A DNA stretch of 64,000 nucleotides from Auanema rhodensis (taxonomy: Eukaryota; Animalia; Nematoda): positions 1 to 64,000 of the forward strand of contig CAXKVF010000080.1 in the NCBI GenBank assembly GCA_964057225.1, written 5' to 3'. Shown here piece after piece: positions 11,441 to 26,900 of this stretch. The position numbers and the translations under genes were made by a program. The number at the start of each line of letters is the position of its first letter. Within the stretch, counting starts at the first letter, position 1. A model generated the notes under the pieces. The model was not told the origin of the DNA. It searched no databases and saw only the letters and a program-made list of their open reading frames with translations.

Positions 11441-14400
11441 GTCTAAAAACAAATTTTTATTGATATTGGTTCATGGTAACCATGACTTTGAAATTTACGT
11501 GAACTTTAATTTATGCTAATTAAATGTACACGTGATGTGCACTTGGTATGTAACTCGCTTCACGTGAAAGATAAAGAGATGCGGTTTTCAAAATTAGATT
11601 CCCCATGTCCATATTAGTCTAAAAACAAATTTTTATTGATATTGCGTTCATGGTAACCATGACTTTGAAATTTACGTGAACTTTAATTTATGCTAATTAA
11701 ATGTACACGTGATGTGCACTTGGTATGTAACTCGCTTCACGTGAAAGATAAAGAGATGCGGTTTTCAAAATTAGATTCCCCATGTCCATATTAGTCTAAA
11801 AACAAATTTTTATTGATATTGGTTCATGGTAACCATGACTTTGAAATTTACGTGAACTTTAATTTATGCTAATTAAATGTACACGTGATGTGCACTTGGT
11901 ATGTAACTCGCTTCACGTGAAAGATAAAGAGATGCGGTTTTCAAAATTAGATTCCCCATGTCCATATTAGTCTAAAAACAAATTTTTATTGATATTGGTG
12001 CATGGTAACCATGACTTTGAAATTACGTGAACTTTAATTTATGCTAATTAAATGTACACGTGATGTGCACTTGGTATGTAACTCGCTTCACGTGAAAGAT
12101 AAAGAGATGCGGTTTTCAAAATTAGATTCCCCATGTCCATATTAGTCTAAAAACAAATTTTTATTGATATTGGTGCATGGTAACCATGACTTTGAAATTT
12201 ACGTGAACTTTAATTTATGCTAATTAAATGTACACGTGATGTGCACTTGGTATGTAACTCGCTTCACGTGAAAGATAAAGAGATGCGGTTTCAAAATTAG
12301 ATTCCCCATGTCCATATTAGTCTAAAAACAAATTTTTATTGATATTGGTGCATGGTAACCATGACTTTGAAATTTACGTGAACTTTAATTTATGCTAATT
12401 AAATGTACACGTGATGTGCACTTGGTATGTAACTCGCTTCACGTGAAAGATAAAGAGATGCGGTTTCAAAATTAGATTCCCCATGTCCATATTAGTCTAA
12501 AAACAAATTTTTATTGATATTGGTGCATGGTAACCATGACTTTGAAATTTACGTGAACTTTAATTTATGCTAATTAAATGTACACGTGATGTGCACTTGG
12601 TATGTAACTCGCTTCACGTGAAAGATAAAGAGATGCGGTTTTCAAAATTAGATTCCCCATGTCCATATTAGTCTAAAAACAAATTTTTATTGATATTGGT
12701 GCATGGTAACCATGACTTTGAAATTTACGTGAACTTTAATTTATGCTAATTAAATGTACACGTGATGTGCACTTGGTATGTAACTCGCTTCACGTGAAAG
12801 ATAAAGAGATGCGGTTTTCAAAATTAGATTCCCCATGTCCATATTAGTCTAAAAACAAATTTTTATTGATATTGGTGCATGGTAACCATGACTTTGAAAT
12901 TTACGTGAACTTTAATTTATGCTAATTAAATGTACACGTGATGTGCACTTGGTATGTAACTCGCTTCACGTGAAAGATAAAGAGATGCGGTTTTCAAAAT
13001 TAGATTCCCCATGTCCATATTAGTCTAAAAACAAATTTTAATTGATATTGGTTCATGGTAACCATGACTTTGAAATTTACGTGAACTTTAATTTATGCTA
13101 ATTAAATGTACACGTGATGTGCACTTGGTATGTAACTCGCTTCACGTGAAAGATAAAGAGATGCGGTTTTCAAAATTAGATTCCCCATGTCCATATTAGT
13201 CTAAAAACAAATTTTTATTGATATTGGTTCATGGTAACCATGACTTTGAAATTTACGTGAACTTTAATTTATGCTAATTAAATGTACACGTGATGTGCAC
13301 TTGGTATGTAACTCGCTTCACGTGAAAGATAAAGAGATGCGGTTTTCAAAATTAGATTCCCCATGTCCATATTAGTCTAAAAACAAATTTTTATTGATAT
13401 TGGTGCATGGTAACCATGACTTTGAAATTTACGTGAACTTTAATTTATGCTAATTAAATGTACACGTGATGTGCACTTGGTATGTAACTCGCTTCACGTG
13501 AAAGATAAAGAGATGCGGTTTTCAAAAATAGATTACCCATGTCCATATTAGTCTAAAAACAAATTTTTATTGATATTGGTTCATGGTAACCATGACTTTG
13601 AAATTTACGTGAACTTTAATTTATGCTAATTAAATGTACACGTGATGTGCACTTGGTATGTAACTCGCTTCACGTGAAAGATAAAGAGATGCGGTTTTCA
13701 AAATTAGATTCCCCATGTCCATATTAGTCTAAAACAAATTTTTATTGATATTGGTTCATGGTAACCATGACTTTGAAATTTACGTGAACTTTAATTTATG
13801 CTAATTAAATGTACACGTGATGAGCACTTGGTATGTAACTCGCTTCACGTGAAAGATAAAGAGATGCGGTTTCAAAATTAGATTCTCATGTCCATATTAG
13901 TCTAAAAACAAATTTTTATTGATATTGCTTCATGGTAACCATGACTTTGAAATTTACGTGAACTTTAATTTATGCTAATTAAATGTACACGTGATGTGCA
14001 CTTGGTATGTAACTCGCTTCACGTGAAAGATAAAGAGATGCGGTTTTCAAAATTAGATTCCCCATGTCCATATTAGTCTAAAAAACAAATTTTTATTGAT
14101 ATTGGTTCATGGTAACCATGACTTTGAAATTTACGTGAACTTTAATTTATGCTAATTAAATGTACACGTGATGTGCACTTGGTATGTAACTCGCTTCACG
14201 TGAAAGATAAAGAGATGCGGTTTTCAAAATTAGATTCCCCATGTCCATATTAGTCTAAAAACAAATTTTTATTGATATTGGTTCATGGTAACCATGACTT
14301 TGAAATTTACGTGAACTTTAATTTATGCTAATTAAATGTACACGTGATGTGCACTTGGTATGTAACTCGCTTCACGTGAAAGATAAAGAGATGCGGTTTC

Positions 14401-14956
14401 AAAATTAGATTCCCCATGTCCATATTAGTCTAAAAACAAATTTTTATTGATATTGGTTCATGGTAACCATGACTTTGAAATTTACGTGAACTTTAATTTA
14501 TGCTAATTAAATGTACACGTGATGTGCACTTGGTATGTAACTCGCTTCACGTGAAAGATAAAGAGATGCGGTTTTCAAAATTAGATTCCCCATGTCCATA
14601 TTAGTCTAAAAACAAATTTTTATTGATATTGGTGCATGGTAACCATGAACTTTGAAATTTACGTGAACTTTAATTTATGCTAATTAAATGTACACGTGAT
14701 GTGCACTTGGTATGTAACTCGCTTCACGTGAAAGATAAAGAGATGCGGTTTTCAAAATTAGATTCCCCATGTCCATATTAGTCTAAAAACAAATTTTTAT
14801 TGATATTGGTTCATGGTAACCATGACTTTGAAATTTACGTGAACTTTAATTTATGCTAATTAAATGTACACGTGATGTGCACTTGGTATGTAACTCGCTT
14901 CACGTGAAAGATAAAGAGATGCGGTTTTCAAAATTAGATTCCCCATGTCCATATTA

Positions 14957-17900
14957 GTCTAAAAACAAATTTTTATTGATATTGGTGCATGGTAACCATG
15001 ACTTTGAAATTTACGTGAACTTTAATTTATGCTAATTAAATGTACACGTGATGTGCACTTGGTATGTAACTCGCTTCACGTGAAAGATAAAGAAATGCGG
15101 TTTTCAAAATTAGATTCCCCATGTCCATATTAGTCTAAAAACAAATTTTTATTGATATTGGTTCATGGTAACCATGACTTTGAAATTTACGTGAACTTTA
15201 ATTTATGCTAATTAAATGTACACGTGATGTGCACTTGGTATGTAACTCGCTTCACGTGAAAGATAAAGAGATGCGGTTTTCAAAATTAGATTCCCCATGT
15301 CCATATTAGTCTAAAAACAAATTTTTATTGATATTGCTTCATGGTAACCATGACTTTGAAATTTACGTGAACTTTAATTTATGCTAATTAAATGTACACG
15401 TGATGTGCACTTGGTATGTAACTCGCTTCACGTGAAAGATAAATAGATGCGGTTTTCAAAATTAGATTCCCCATGTCCATATTAGTCTAAAAACAAATTT
15501 TTATTGATATTGGTTCATGGTAACCATGACTTTGAAATTTACGTGAACTTTAATTTATGCTAATTAAATGTACACGTGATGTGCACTTGGTATGTAACTC
15601 GCTTCACGTGAAAGATAAAGAGATGCGGTTTTCAAAATTAGATTCCCCATGTCCATATTAGTCTAAAAACAAATTTTTATTGATATTGGTGCATGGTAAC
15701 CATGACTTTGAAATTTACGTGAACTTTAATTTATGCTAATTAAATGTACACGTGATGTGCACTTGGTATGTAACTCGCTTCACGTGAAAGAAAAAGAGAT
15801 GCGGTTTTCAAAATTAGATTCCCCATGTCCATATTAGTCTAAAAACAAATTTTTATTGATATTGGTGCATGGTAACCATGACTTTGAAATTTACGTGAAC
15901 TTTAATTTATGCTAATTAAATGTACACGTGATGTGCACTTGGTATGTAACTCGCTTCACGTGAAAGATAAAGAAATGCGGTTTTCAAAATTAGATTCCCC
16001 ATGTCCATATTAGTCTAAAAACAAATTTTTATTGATATTGGTTCATGGTAACCATGACTTTGAAATTTACGTGAACTTTAATTTATGCTAATTAAATGTA
16101 CACGTGATGTGCCCTTGGTATGTAACTCGCTTCACGTGAAAGATAAAGAGATGCGGTTTTCAAAATTAGATTCCCCATGTCCATATTAGTCTAAAAACAA
16201 ATTTTTATTGATATTGCTTCATGGTAACCATGACTTTGAAATTTACGTGAACTTTAATTTATGCTAATTAAATGTACACGTGATGTGCACTTGGTATGTA
16301 ACTCGCTTCACGTGAAAGATAAATAGATGCGGTTTTCAAAATTAGATTCCCCATGTCCATATTAGTCTAAAAACAAATTTTTATTGATATTGGTTCATGG
16401 TAACCATGACTTTGAAATTTACGTGAACTTTAATTTATGCTAATTAAATGTACACGTGATGTGCACTTGGTATGTAACTCGCTTCACGTGAAAGATAAAG
16501 AGATGCGGTTTTCAAAATTAGATTCCCCATGTCCATATTAGTCTAAAAACAAATTTTTATTGATATTGGTGCATGGTGACCATGACTTTGAAATTTACGT
16601 GAACTTTAATTTATGCTAATTAAATGTACACGTGATGTGCACTTGGTATGTAACTCGCTTCACGTGAAAGATAAAGAGATGCGGTTTTCAAATTAGATTC
16701 CCCATGTCCATATTAGTCAAAAACAAATTTTTATTGATATTGGTGCATGGTAACCATGACTTTGAAATTTACGTGAACTTTAATTTATGCTAATTAAATG
16801 TGCACGTGATGTGCACTTGGTATGTAACTCGCTTCACGTGAAAGATAAAGAGATGCGGTTTTCAAATTAGATTCCCCATGTCCATATTAGTCTAAAAACA
16901 AATTTTTATTGATATTGGTTCATGGTAACCATGACTTTGAAATTTACGTGAACTTTAATTTATGCTAATTAAATGTACACGTGATGTGCACTTGGTATGT
17001 AACTCGCTTCACGTGAAAGATAAAGAGATGCGGTTTTCAAAATTAGATTCCCCATGTCCATATTAGTCTAAAAACAAATTTTTATTGATATTAGTTCATG
17101 GTAACCATGACTTTGAAATTTACGTGAACTTTAATTTATGCTAATTAAATGTACACGTGATGTGCACTTGGTATGTAACTCGCTTCACGTGAAAGATAAA
17201 GAGATGCGGTTTTCAAATTAGATTCCCCATGTCCATATTAGTCTAAAAACAAATTTTTATTGATATTGGTTCATGGTAACCATGACTTTGAAATTTACGT
17301 GAACTTTAATTTATGCTAATTAAATGTACACGTGATGTGCACTTGGTATGTAACTCGCTTCACGTGAAAGATAAAGAGATGTGGTTTTCAAAATTAGATT
17401 CCCCATGTCCATATTAGTCTAAAAACAAATTTTTATTGATATTGCTTCATGGTGACCATGACTTTGAAATTTACGTGAACTTTAATTTATGCTAATTAAA
17501 TGTACACGTGATGTGCACTTGGTATGTAACTCGCTTCACGTGAAAGATAAAGAGATGCGGTTTTCAAAATTAGATTCCCCATGTCCATATTAGTCTAAAA
17601 ACAAATTTTTATTGATATTGGTGCATGGTGACCATGACTTTGAAATTTACGTGAACTTTAATTTATGCTAATTAAATGTACACGTGATGTGCACTTGGTA
17701 TGATGTAACTCGCTTCACGTGAAAGATAAAGAGATGCGGTTTTCAAAATTAGATTCCCCATGTCCATATTAGTCTGAAAACAAATTTTTATTGATATTGG
17801 TTCATGGTAACCATGACTTTGAAATTTACGTGAACTTTAATTTATGCTAATTAAATGTACACGTGATGTGCACTTGGTATGTAACTCGCTTCACGTGAAA

Positions 17901-20900
17901 GATAAAGAGATGCGGTTTTCAAAATTAGATTCCCCATGTCCATATTAGTCTAAAAACAAATTTTTATTGATATTGGTTCATGGTAACCATGACTTTGAAA
18001 TTTACGTGAACTTTAATTTATGCTAATTAAATGTACACGTGATGTGCACTTGGTATGTAACTCGCTTCACGTGAAAGATAAAGAGATGTGGTTTTCAAAA
18101 TTAGATTCCCCATGTCCATATTAGTCTAAAAACAAATTTTTATTGATATTGCTTCATGGTAACCATGACTTTGAAATTTACGTGAACTTTAATTTATGCT
18201 AATTAAATGTACACGTGATGTGCACTTGGTATGTAACTCGCTTCACGTGAAAGATAAAGAGATGCGGTTTTTAAAATTAGATTCCCCATGTCCATACTAG
18301 TCTAAAAACAAATTTTTATTGATATTGCTTCATGGTAACCATGACTTTGAAATTTACGTGAACTTTAATTTATGCTAATTAATTGTACACGTGATGTGCA
18401 CTTGGTATGTAACTCGCTTCACGTGAAAGATAAAGAGATGCGGTTTTCAAAATTAGATTCCCCATGTCCATATTAGTCTAAAAACAAATTTTTATTGATA
18501 TTGGTGCATGGTAACCATGACTTTGAAATTTACGTGAACTTTAATTTATGCTAATTAAATGTACACGTGATGTGCACTTGGTATGTAACTCGCTTCACGT
18601 GAAAGAAAAAGAGATGCGGTTTTCAAAATTAGATTCCCCATGTCCATATTAGTCTAAAAACAAATTTTTATTGATATTGGTGCATGGTAACCATGACTTT
18701 GAAATTTACGTGAACTTTAATTTATGCTAATTAAATGTACACGTGATGTGCACTTGGTATGTAACTCGCTTCACGTGAAAGATAAAGAAATGCGGTTTTC
18801 AAAATTAGATTCCCCATGTCCATATTAGTCTAAAAACAAATTTTTATTGATATTGGTTCATGGTAACCATGACTTTGAAATTTACGTGAACTTTAATTTA
18901 TGCTAATTAAATGTACACGTGATGTGCACTTGGTATGTAACTCGCTTCACGTGAAAGATAAAGAGATGCGGTTTTCAAAATTAGATTCCCCATGTCCATA
19001 TTAGTCTAAAAACAAATTTTTATTGATATTGCTTCATGGTAACCATGACTTTGAAATTTACGTGAACTTTAATTTATGCTAATTAAATGTACACGTGATG
19101 TGCACTTGGTATGTAACTCGCTTCACGTGAAAGATAAATAGATGCGGTTTTCAAAATTAGATTCCCCATGTCCATATTAGTCTAAAAACAAATTTTTATT
19201 GATATTGGTTCATGGTAACCATGACTTTGAAATTTACGTGAACTTTAATTTATGCTAATTAAATGTACACGTGATGTGCACTTGGTATGTAACTCGCTTC
19301 ACGTGAAAGATAAAGAGATGCGGTTTTCAAAATTAGATTCCCCATGTCCATATTAGTCTAAAAACAAATTTTTATTGATATTGGTGCATGGTGACCATGA
19401 CTTTGAAATTTACGTGAACTTTAATTTATGCTAATTAAATGTACACGTGATGTGCACTTGGTATGTAACTCGCTTCACGTGAAAGATAAAGAGATGCGGT
19501 TTTCAAAATTAGATTCCCCATGTCCATATTAGTCTGAAAACAAATTTTTATTGATATTGGTTCATGGTAACCATGACTTTGAAATTTACGTGAACTTTAA
19601 TTTATGCTAATTAAATGTACACGTGATGTGCACTTGGTATGTAACTCGCTTCACGTGAAAGAAAAAGAGATGCGGTTTTCAAAATTAGATTCCCCATGTC
19701 CATATTAGTCTAAAAACAAATTTTTATTGATATTGGTGCATGGTAACCATGACTTTGAAATTTACGTGAACTTTAATTTATGCTAATTAAATGTACACGT
19801 GATGTGCACTTGGTATGTAACTCGCTTCACGTGAAAGATAAAGAGATGCGGTTTTCAAAATTAGATTCCCCATGTCCATATTAGTCTAAAAACAAATTTT
19901 TATTGATATTGGTTCATGGTAACCATGACTTTGAAATTTACGTGAACTTTAATTTATGCTAATTAAATGTACACGTGATGTGCACTTGGTATGTAACTCG
20001 CTTCACGTGAAAGATAAAGAGATGTGGTTTTCAAAATTAGATTCCCCATGTCCATATTAGTCTAAAAACAAATTTTTATTGATATTGCTTCATGGTAACC
20101 ATGACTTTGAAATTTACGTGAACTTTAATTTATGCTAATTAAATGTACACGTGATGTGCACTTGGTATGTAACTCGCTTCACGTGAAAGATAAAGAGATG
20201 CGGTTTTCAAAATTAGATTCCCCATGTCCATATTAGTCTAAAAACAAATTTTTATTGATATTGGTGCATGGTGACCATGACTTTGAAATTTACGTGAACT
20301 TTAATTTATGCTAATTAAATGTACACGTGATGTGCACTTGGTATGTAACTCGCTTCACGTGAAAGATAAAGAGATGCGGTTTTCAAAATTAGATTCCCCA
20401 TGTCCATATTAGTCTGAAAACAAATTTTTATTGATATTGGTTCATGGTAACCATGACTTTGAAATTTACGTGAACTTTAATTTATGCTAATTAAATGTAC
20501 ACGTGATGTGCACTTGGTATGTAACTCGCTTCACGTGAAAGATAAAGAGATGCGGTTTTCAAAATTAGATTCCCCATGTCCATATTAGTCTAAAAACAAA
20601 TTTTTATTGATATTGGTTCATGGTAACCATGACTTTGAAATTTACGTGAACTTTAATTTATGCTAATTAAATGTACACGTGATGTGCACTTGGTATGTAA
20701 CTCGCTTCACGTGAAAGATAAAGAGATGTGGTTTTCAAAATTAGATTCCCCATGTCCATATTAGTCTAAAAACAAATTTTTATTGATATTGCTTCATGGT
20801 AACCATGACTTTGAAATTTACGTGAACTTTAATTTATGCTAATTAAATGTACACGTGATGTGCACTTGGTATGTAACTCGCTTCACGTGAAAGATAAAGA

Positions 20901-23900
20901 GATGCGGTTTTTAAAATTAGATTCCCCATGTCCATACTAGTCTAAAAACAAATTTTTATTGATATTGCTTCATGGTAACCATGACTTTGAAATTTACGTG
21001 AACTTTAATTTATGCTAATTAAATGTACACGTGATGTGCACTTGGTATGTAACTCGCTTCACGTGAAAGAAAAAGAGATGCGGTTTTCAAAATTAGATTC
21101 CCCATGTCCATATTAGTCTAAAAACAAATTTTTATTGATATTGGTGCATGGTAACCATGACTTTGAAATTTACGTGAACTTTAATTTATGCTAATTAAAT
21201 GTACACGTGATGTGCACTTGGTATGTAACTCGCTTCACGTGAAAGATAAAGAGATGCGGTTTTCAAAATTAGATTCCCCATGTCCATATTAGTCTAAAAA
21301 CAAATTTTTATTGATATTGGTTCATGGTAACCATGACTTTGAAATTTACGTGAACTTTAATTTATGCTAATTAAATGTACACGTGATGTGCACTTGGTAT
21401 GTAACTCGCTTCACGTGAAAGATAAAGAGATGTGGTTTTCAAAATTAGATTCCCCATGTCCATATTAGTCTAAAAACAAATTTTTATTGATATTGCTTCA
21501 TGGTAACCATGACTTTGAAATTTACGTGAACTTTAATTTATGCTAATTAAATGTACACGTGATGTGCACTTGGTATGTAACTCGCTTCACGTGAAAGATA
21601 AAGAGATGCGGTTTTCAACCCATGTCCATATTAGTCTAAAAACAAATTTTTATTGATATTGGTGCATGGTGACCATGACTTTGAAATTTACGTGAACTTT
21701 AATTTATGCTAATTAAATGTACACGTGATGTGCACTTGGTATGTAACTCGCTTCACGTGAAAGATAAAGAGATGCGGTTTTCAAAATTAGATTCCCCATG
21801 TCCATATTAGTCTGAAAACAAATTTTTATTGATATTGGTTCATGGTAACCATGACTTTGAAATTTACGTGAACTTTAATTTATGCTAATTAAATGTACAC
21901 GTGATGTGCACTTGGTATGTAACTCGCTTCACGTGAAAGATAAAGAGATGCGGTTTTCAAAATTAGATTCCCCATGTCCATATTAGTCTAAAAACAAATT
22001 TTTATTGATATTGGTTCATGGTAACCATGACTTTGAAATTTACGTGAACTTTAATTTATGCTAATTAAATGTACACGTGATGTGCACTTGGTATGTAACT
22101 CGCTTCACGTGAAAGATAAAGAGATGTGGTTTTCAAAATTAGATTCCCCATGTCCATATTAGTCTAAAAACAAATTTTTATTGATATTGCTTCATGGTAA
22201 CCATGACTTTGAAATTTACGTGAACTTTAATTTATGCTAATTAAATGTACACGTGATGTGCACTTGGTATGTAACTCGCTTCACGTGAAAGATAAAGAGA
22301 TGCGGTTTTTAAAATTAGATTCCCCATGTCCATACTAGTCTAAAAACAAATTTTTATTGATATTGCTTCATGGTAACCATGACTTTGAAATTTACGTGAA
22401 CTTTAATTTATGCTAATTAATTGTACACGTGATGTGCACTTGGTATGTAACTCGCTTCACGTGAAAGATAAAGAGATGCGGTTTTCAAAATTAGATTCCC
22501 CATGTCCATATTAGTCTAAAAACAAATTTTTATTGATATTGGTGCATGGTAACCATGACTTTGAAATTTACGTGAACTTTAATTTATGCTAATTAAATGT
22601 ACACGTGATGTGCACTTGGTATGTAACTCGCTTCACGTGAAAGAAAAAGAGATGCGGTTTTCAAAATTAGATTCCCCATGTCCATATTAGTCTAAAAACA
22701 AATTTTTATTGATATTGGTTCATGGTAACCATGACTTTGAAATTTACGTGAACTTTAATTTATGCTAATTAAATGTACACGTGATGTGCACTTGGTATGT
22801 AACTCGCTTCACGTGAAAGATAAAGAGATGCGGTTTTCAAAATTAGATTCCCCATGTCCATATTAGTCTAAAAACAAATTTTTATTGATATTGCTTCATG
22901 GTAACCATGACTTTGAAATTTACGTGAACTTTAATTTATGCTAATTAAATGTACACGTGATGTGCACTTGGTATGTAACTCGCTTCACGTGAAAGATAAA
23001 GAGATGCGGTTTTCAAAATTAGATTCCCCATGTCCATATTAGTCTAAAAACAAATTTTTATTGATATTGCTTCATGGTAACCATGACTTTGAAATTTACG
23101 TGAACTTTAATTTATGCTAATTAATTGTACACGTGATGTGCACTTGGTATGTAACTCGCTTCACGTGAAAGATAAAGAGATGCGGTTTTCAAAATTAGAT
23201 TCCCCATGTCCATATTAGTCTAAAAACAAATTTTTATTGATATTGGTGCATGGTAACCATGACTTTGAAATTTACGTGAACTTTAATTTATGCTAATTAA
23301 ATGTACACGTGATGTGCACTTGGTATGTAACTCGCTTCACGTGAAAGAAAAAGAGATGCGGTTTTCAAAATTAGATTCCCCATGTCCATATTAGTCTAAA
23401 AACAAATTTTTATTGATATTGGTGCATGGTAACCATGACTTTGAAATTTACGTGAACTTTAATTTATGCTAATTAAATGTACACGTGATGTGCACTTGGT
23501 ATGTAACTCGCTTCACGTGAAAGATAAAGAGATGCGGTTTTCAAAATTAGATTCCCCATGTCCATATTAGTCTAAAAACAAATTTTTATTGATATTGGTG
23601 CATGGTAACCATGACTTTGAAATTTACGTGAACTTTAATTTATGCTAATTAAATGTACACGTGATGTGCACTTGGTATGTAACTCGCTTCACGTGAAAGA
23701 TAAAGAGATGCGGTTTTCAAAATTAGATTCCCCATGTCCATATTAGTCTAAAAACAAATTTTTATTGATATTGGTGCATGGTAACCATGACTTTGAAATT
23801 TACGTGAACTTTAATTTATGCTAATTAAATGTACACGTGATGTGCACTCGGTATGTAACTCGCTTCACGTGAAAGATAAAGAGATGCGGTTTTCAAAATT

Positions 23901-26900
23901 AGATTCCCCATGTCCATATTAGTCTAAAAACAAATTTTTATTGATATTGGTGCATGGTAACCATGACTTTGAAATTTACGTGAACTTTAATTCATGCTAA
24001 TTAAATGTACACGTGATGTGCACTTGGTATGTAACTCGCTTCACGTGAAAGATAAAGAGATGCGGTTTTCAAAATTAGATTCCCCATGTCCATATTAGTC
24101 TAAAAACAAATTTTTATTGATATTACTTCATGGTAACCATGACTTTGAAATTTACGTGAACTTTAATTTATGCTAATTAAATGTACACGTGATGTGCACT
24201 TGGTATGTAACTCGCTTCACGTGAAAGATAAAGAGATGCGGTTTTCAAAATTAGATTCCCCATGTCCATATTAGTCTAAAAACAAATTTTTATTGATATT
24301 GGTGCATGGTAACCATGACTTTGAAATTTACGTGAACTTTAATTTATGCTAATTAAATGTACACGTGATGTGCACTTGGTATGTAACTCGCTTCACGTGA
24401 AAGATAAAGAGATGCGGTTTTCAAAATTAGATTCCCCATGTCCATATTAGTCTAAAAACAAATTTTTATTGATATTGGTGCATGGTAACCATGACTTTGA
24501 AATTTACGTGAACTTTAATTTATGCTAATTAAATGTACACGTGATGTGCACTTGGTATGTAACTCGCTTCACGTGAAAGATAAAGAAATGCGGTTTTCAA
24601 AATTAGATTCCCCATGTCCATATTAGTCTAAAAACAAATTTTTATTGATATTGGTTCATGGTAACCATGACTTTGAAATTTACGTGAACTTTAATTTATG
24701 CTAATTAAATGTACACGTGATGTGCACTTGGTATGTAACTCGCTTCACGTGAAAGATAAAGAGATGCGGTTTTCAAAATTAGATTCCCCATGTCCATATT
24801 AGTCTAAAAACAAATTTTTATTGATATTGCTTCATGGTAACCATGACTTTGAAATTTACGTGAACTTTAATTTATGCTAATTAAATGTACACGTGATGTG
24901 CACTTGGTATGTAACTCGCTTCACGTGAAAGATAAAGAGATGCGGTTTTCAAAATTAGATTCCCCATGTCCATATTAGTCTAAAAACAAATTTTTATTGA
25001 TATTGCTTCATGGTAACCATGACTTTGAAATTTACGTGAACTTTAATTTATGCTAATTAATTGTACACGTGATGTGCACTTGGTATGTAACTCGCTTCAC
25101 GTGAAAGATAAAGAGATGCGGTTTTCAAAATTAGATTCCCCATGTCCATATTAGTCTAAAAACAAATTTTTATTGATATTGGTGCATGGTAACCATGACT
25201 TTGAAATTTACGTGAACTTTAATTTATGCTAATTAAATGTACACGTGATGTGCACTTGGTATGTAACTCGCTTCACGTGAAAGAAAAAGAGATGCGGTTT
25301 TCAAAATTAGATTCCCCATGTCCATATTAGTCTAAAAACAAATTTTTATTGATATTGGTGCATGGTAACCATGACTTTGAAATTTACGTGAACTTTAATT
25401 TATGCTAATTAAATGTACACGTGATGTGCACTTGGTATGTAACTCGCTTCACGTGAAAGATAAAGAGATGCGGTTTTCAAAATTAGATTCCCCATGTCCA
25501 TATTAGTCTAAAAACAAATTTTTATTGATATTGGTGCATGGTAACCATGACTTTGAAATTTACGTGAACTTTAATTTATGCTAATTAAATGTACACGTGA
25601 TGTGCACTTGGTATGTAACTCGCTTCACGTGAAAGATAAAGAGATGCGGTTTTCAAAATTAGATTCCCCATGTCCATATTAGTCTAAAAACAAATTTTTA
25701 TTGATATTGGTGCATGGTAACCATGACTTTGAAATTTACGTGAACTTTAATTTATGCTAATTAAATGTACACGTGATGTGCACTCGGTATGTAACTCGCT
25801 TCACGTGAAAGATAAAGAGATGCGGTTTTCAAAATTAGATTCCCCATGTCCATATTAGTCTAAAAACAAATTTTTATTGATATTGGTGCATGGTAACCAT
25901 GACTTTGAAATTTACGTGAACTTTAATTCATGCTAATTAAATGTACACGTGATGTGCACTTGGTATGTAACTCGCTTCACGTGAAAGATAAAGAGATGCG
26001 GTTTTCAAAATTAGATTCCCCATGTCCATATTAGTCTAAAAACAAATTTTTATTGATATTACTTCATGGTAACCATGACTTTGAAATTTACGTGAACTTT
26101 AATTTATGCTAATTAAATGTACACGTGATGTGCACTTGGTATGTAACTCGCTTCACGTGAAAGATAAAGAGATGCGGTTTTCAAAATTAGATTCCCCATG
26201 TCCATATTAGTCTAAAAACAAATTTTTATTGATATTGGTGCATGGTAACCATGACTTTGAAATTTACGTGAACTTTAATTTATGCTAATTAAATGTACAC
26301 GTGATGTGCACTTGGTATGTAACTCGCTTCACGTGAAAGATAAAGAGATGCGGTTTTCAAAATTAGATTCCCCATGTCCATATTAGTCTAAAAACAAATT
26401 TTTATTGATATTGGTGCATGGTAACCATGACTTTGAAATTTACGTGAACTTTAATTTATGCTAATTAAATGTACACGTGATGTGCACTTGGTATGTAACT
26501 CGCTTCACGTGAAAGATAAAGAGATGCGGTTTTCAAAATTAGATTCCCCATGTCCATATTAGTCTAAAAACAAATTTTTATTGATATTGGTTCATGGTAA
26601 CCATGACTTTGAAATTTCCGTGAACTTTAATTTATGCTAATTAAATGTACACGTGATGTGCACTTGGTATGTAACTCGCTTCACGTGAAAGATAAAGAGA
26701 TGCGGTTTTCAAAATTAGATTCCCCATGTCCATATTAGTCTAAAAACAAATTTTTATTGATATTGCTTCATGGTAACCATGACTTTGAAATTTACGTGAA
26801 CTTTAATTTATGCTAATTAAATGTACACGTGATGTGCACTTGGTATGTAACTCGCTTCACGTGAAAGATAAAGAGATGCGGTTTTCAAAATTAGATTCCC

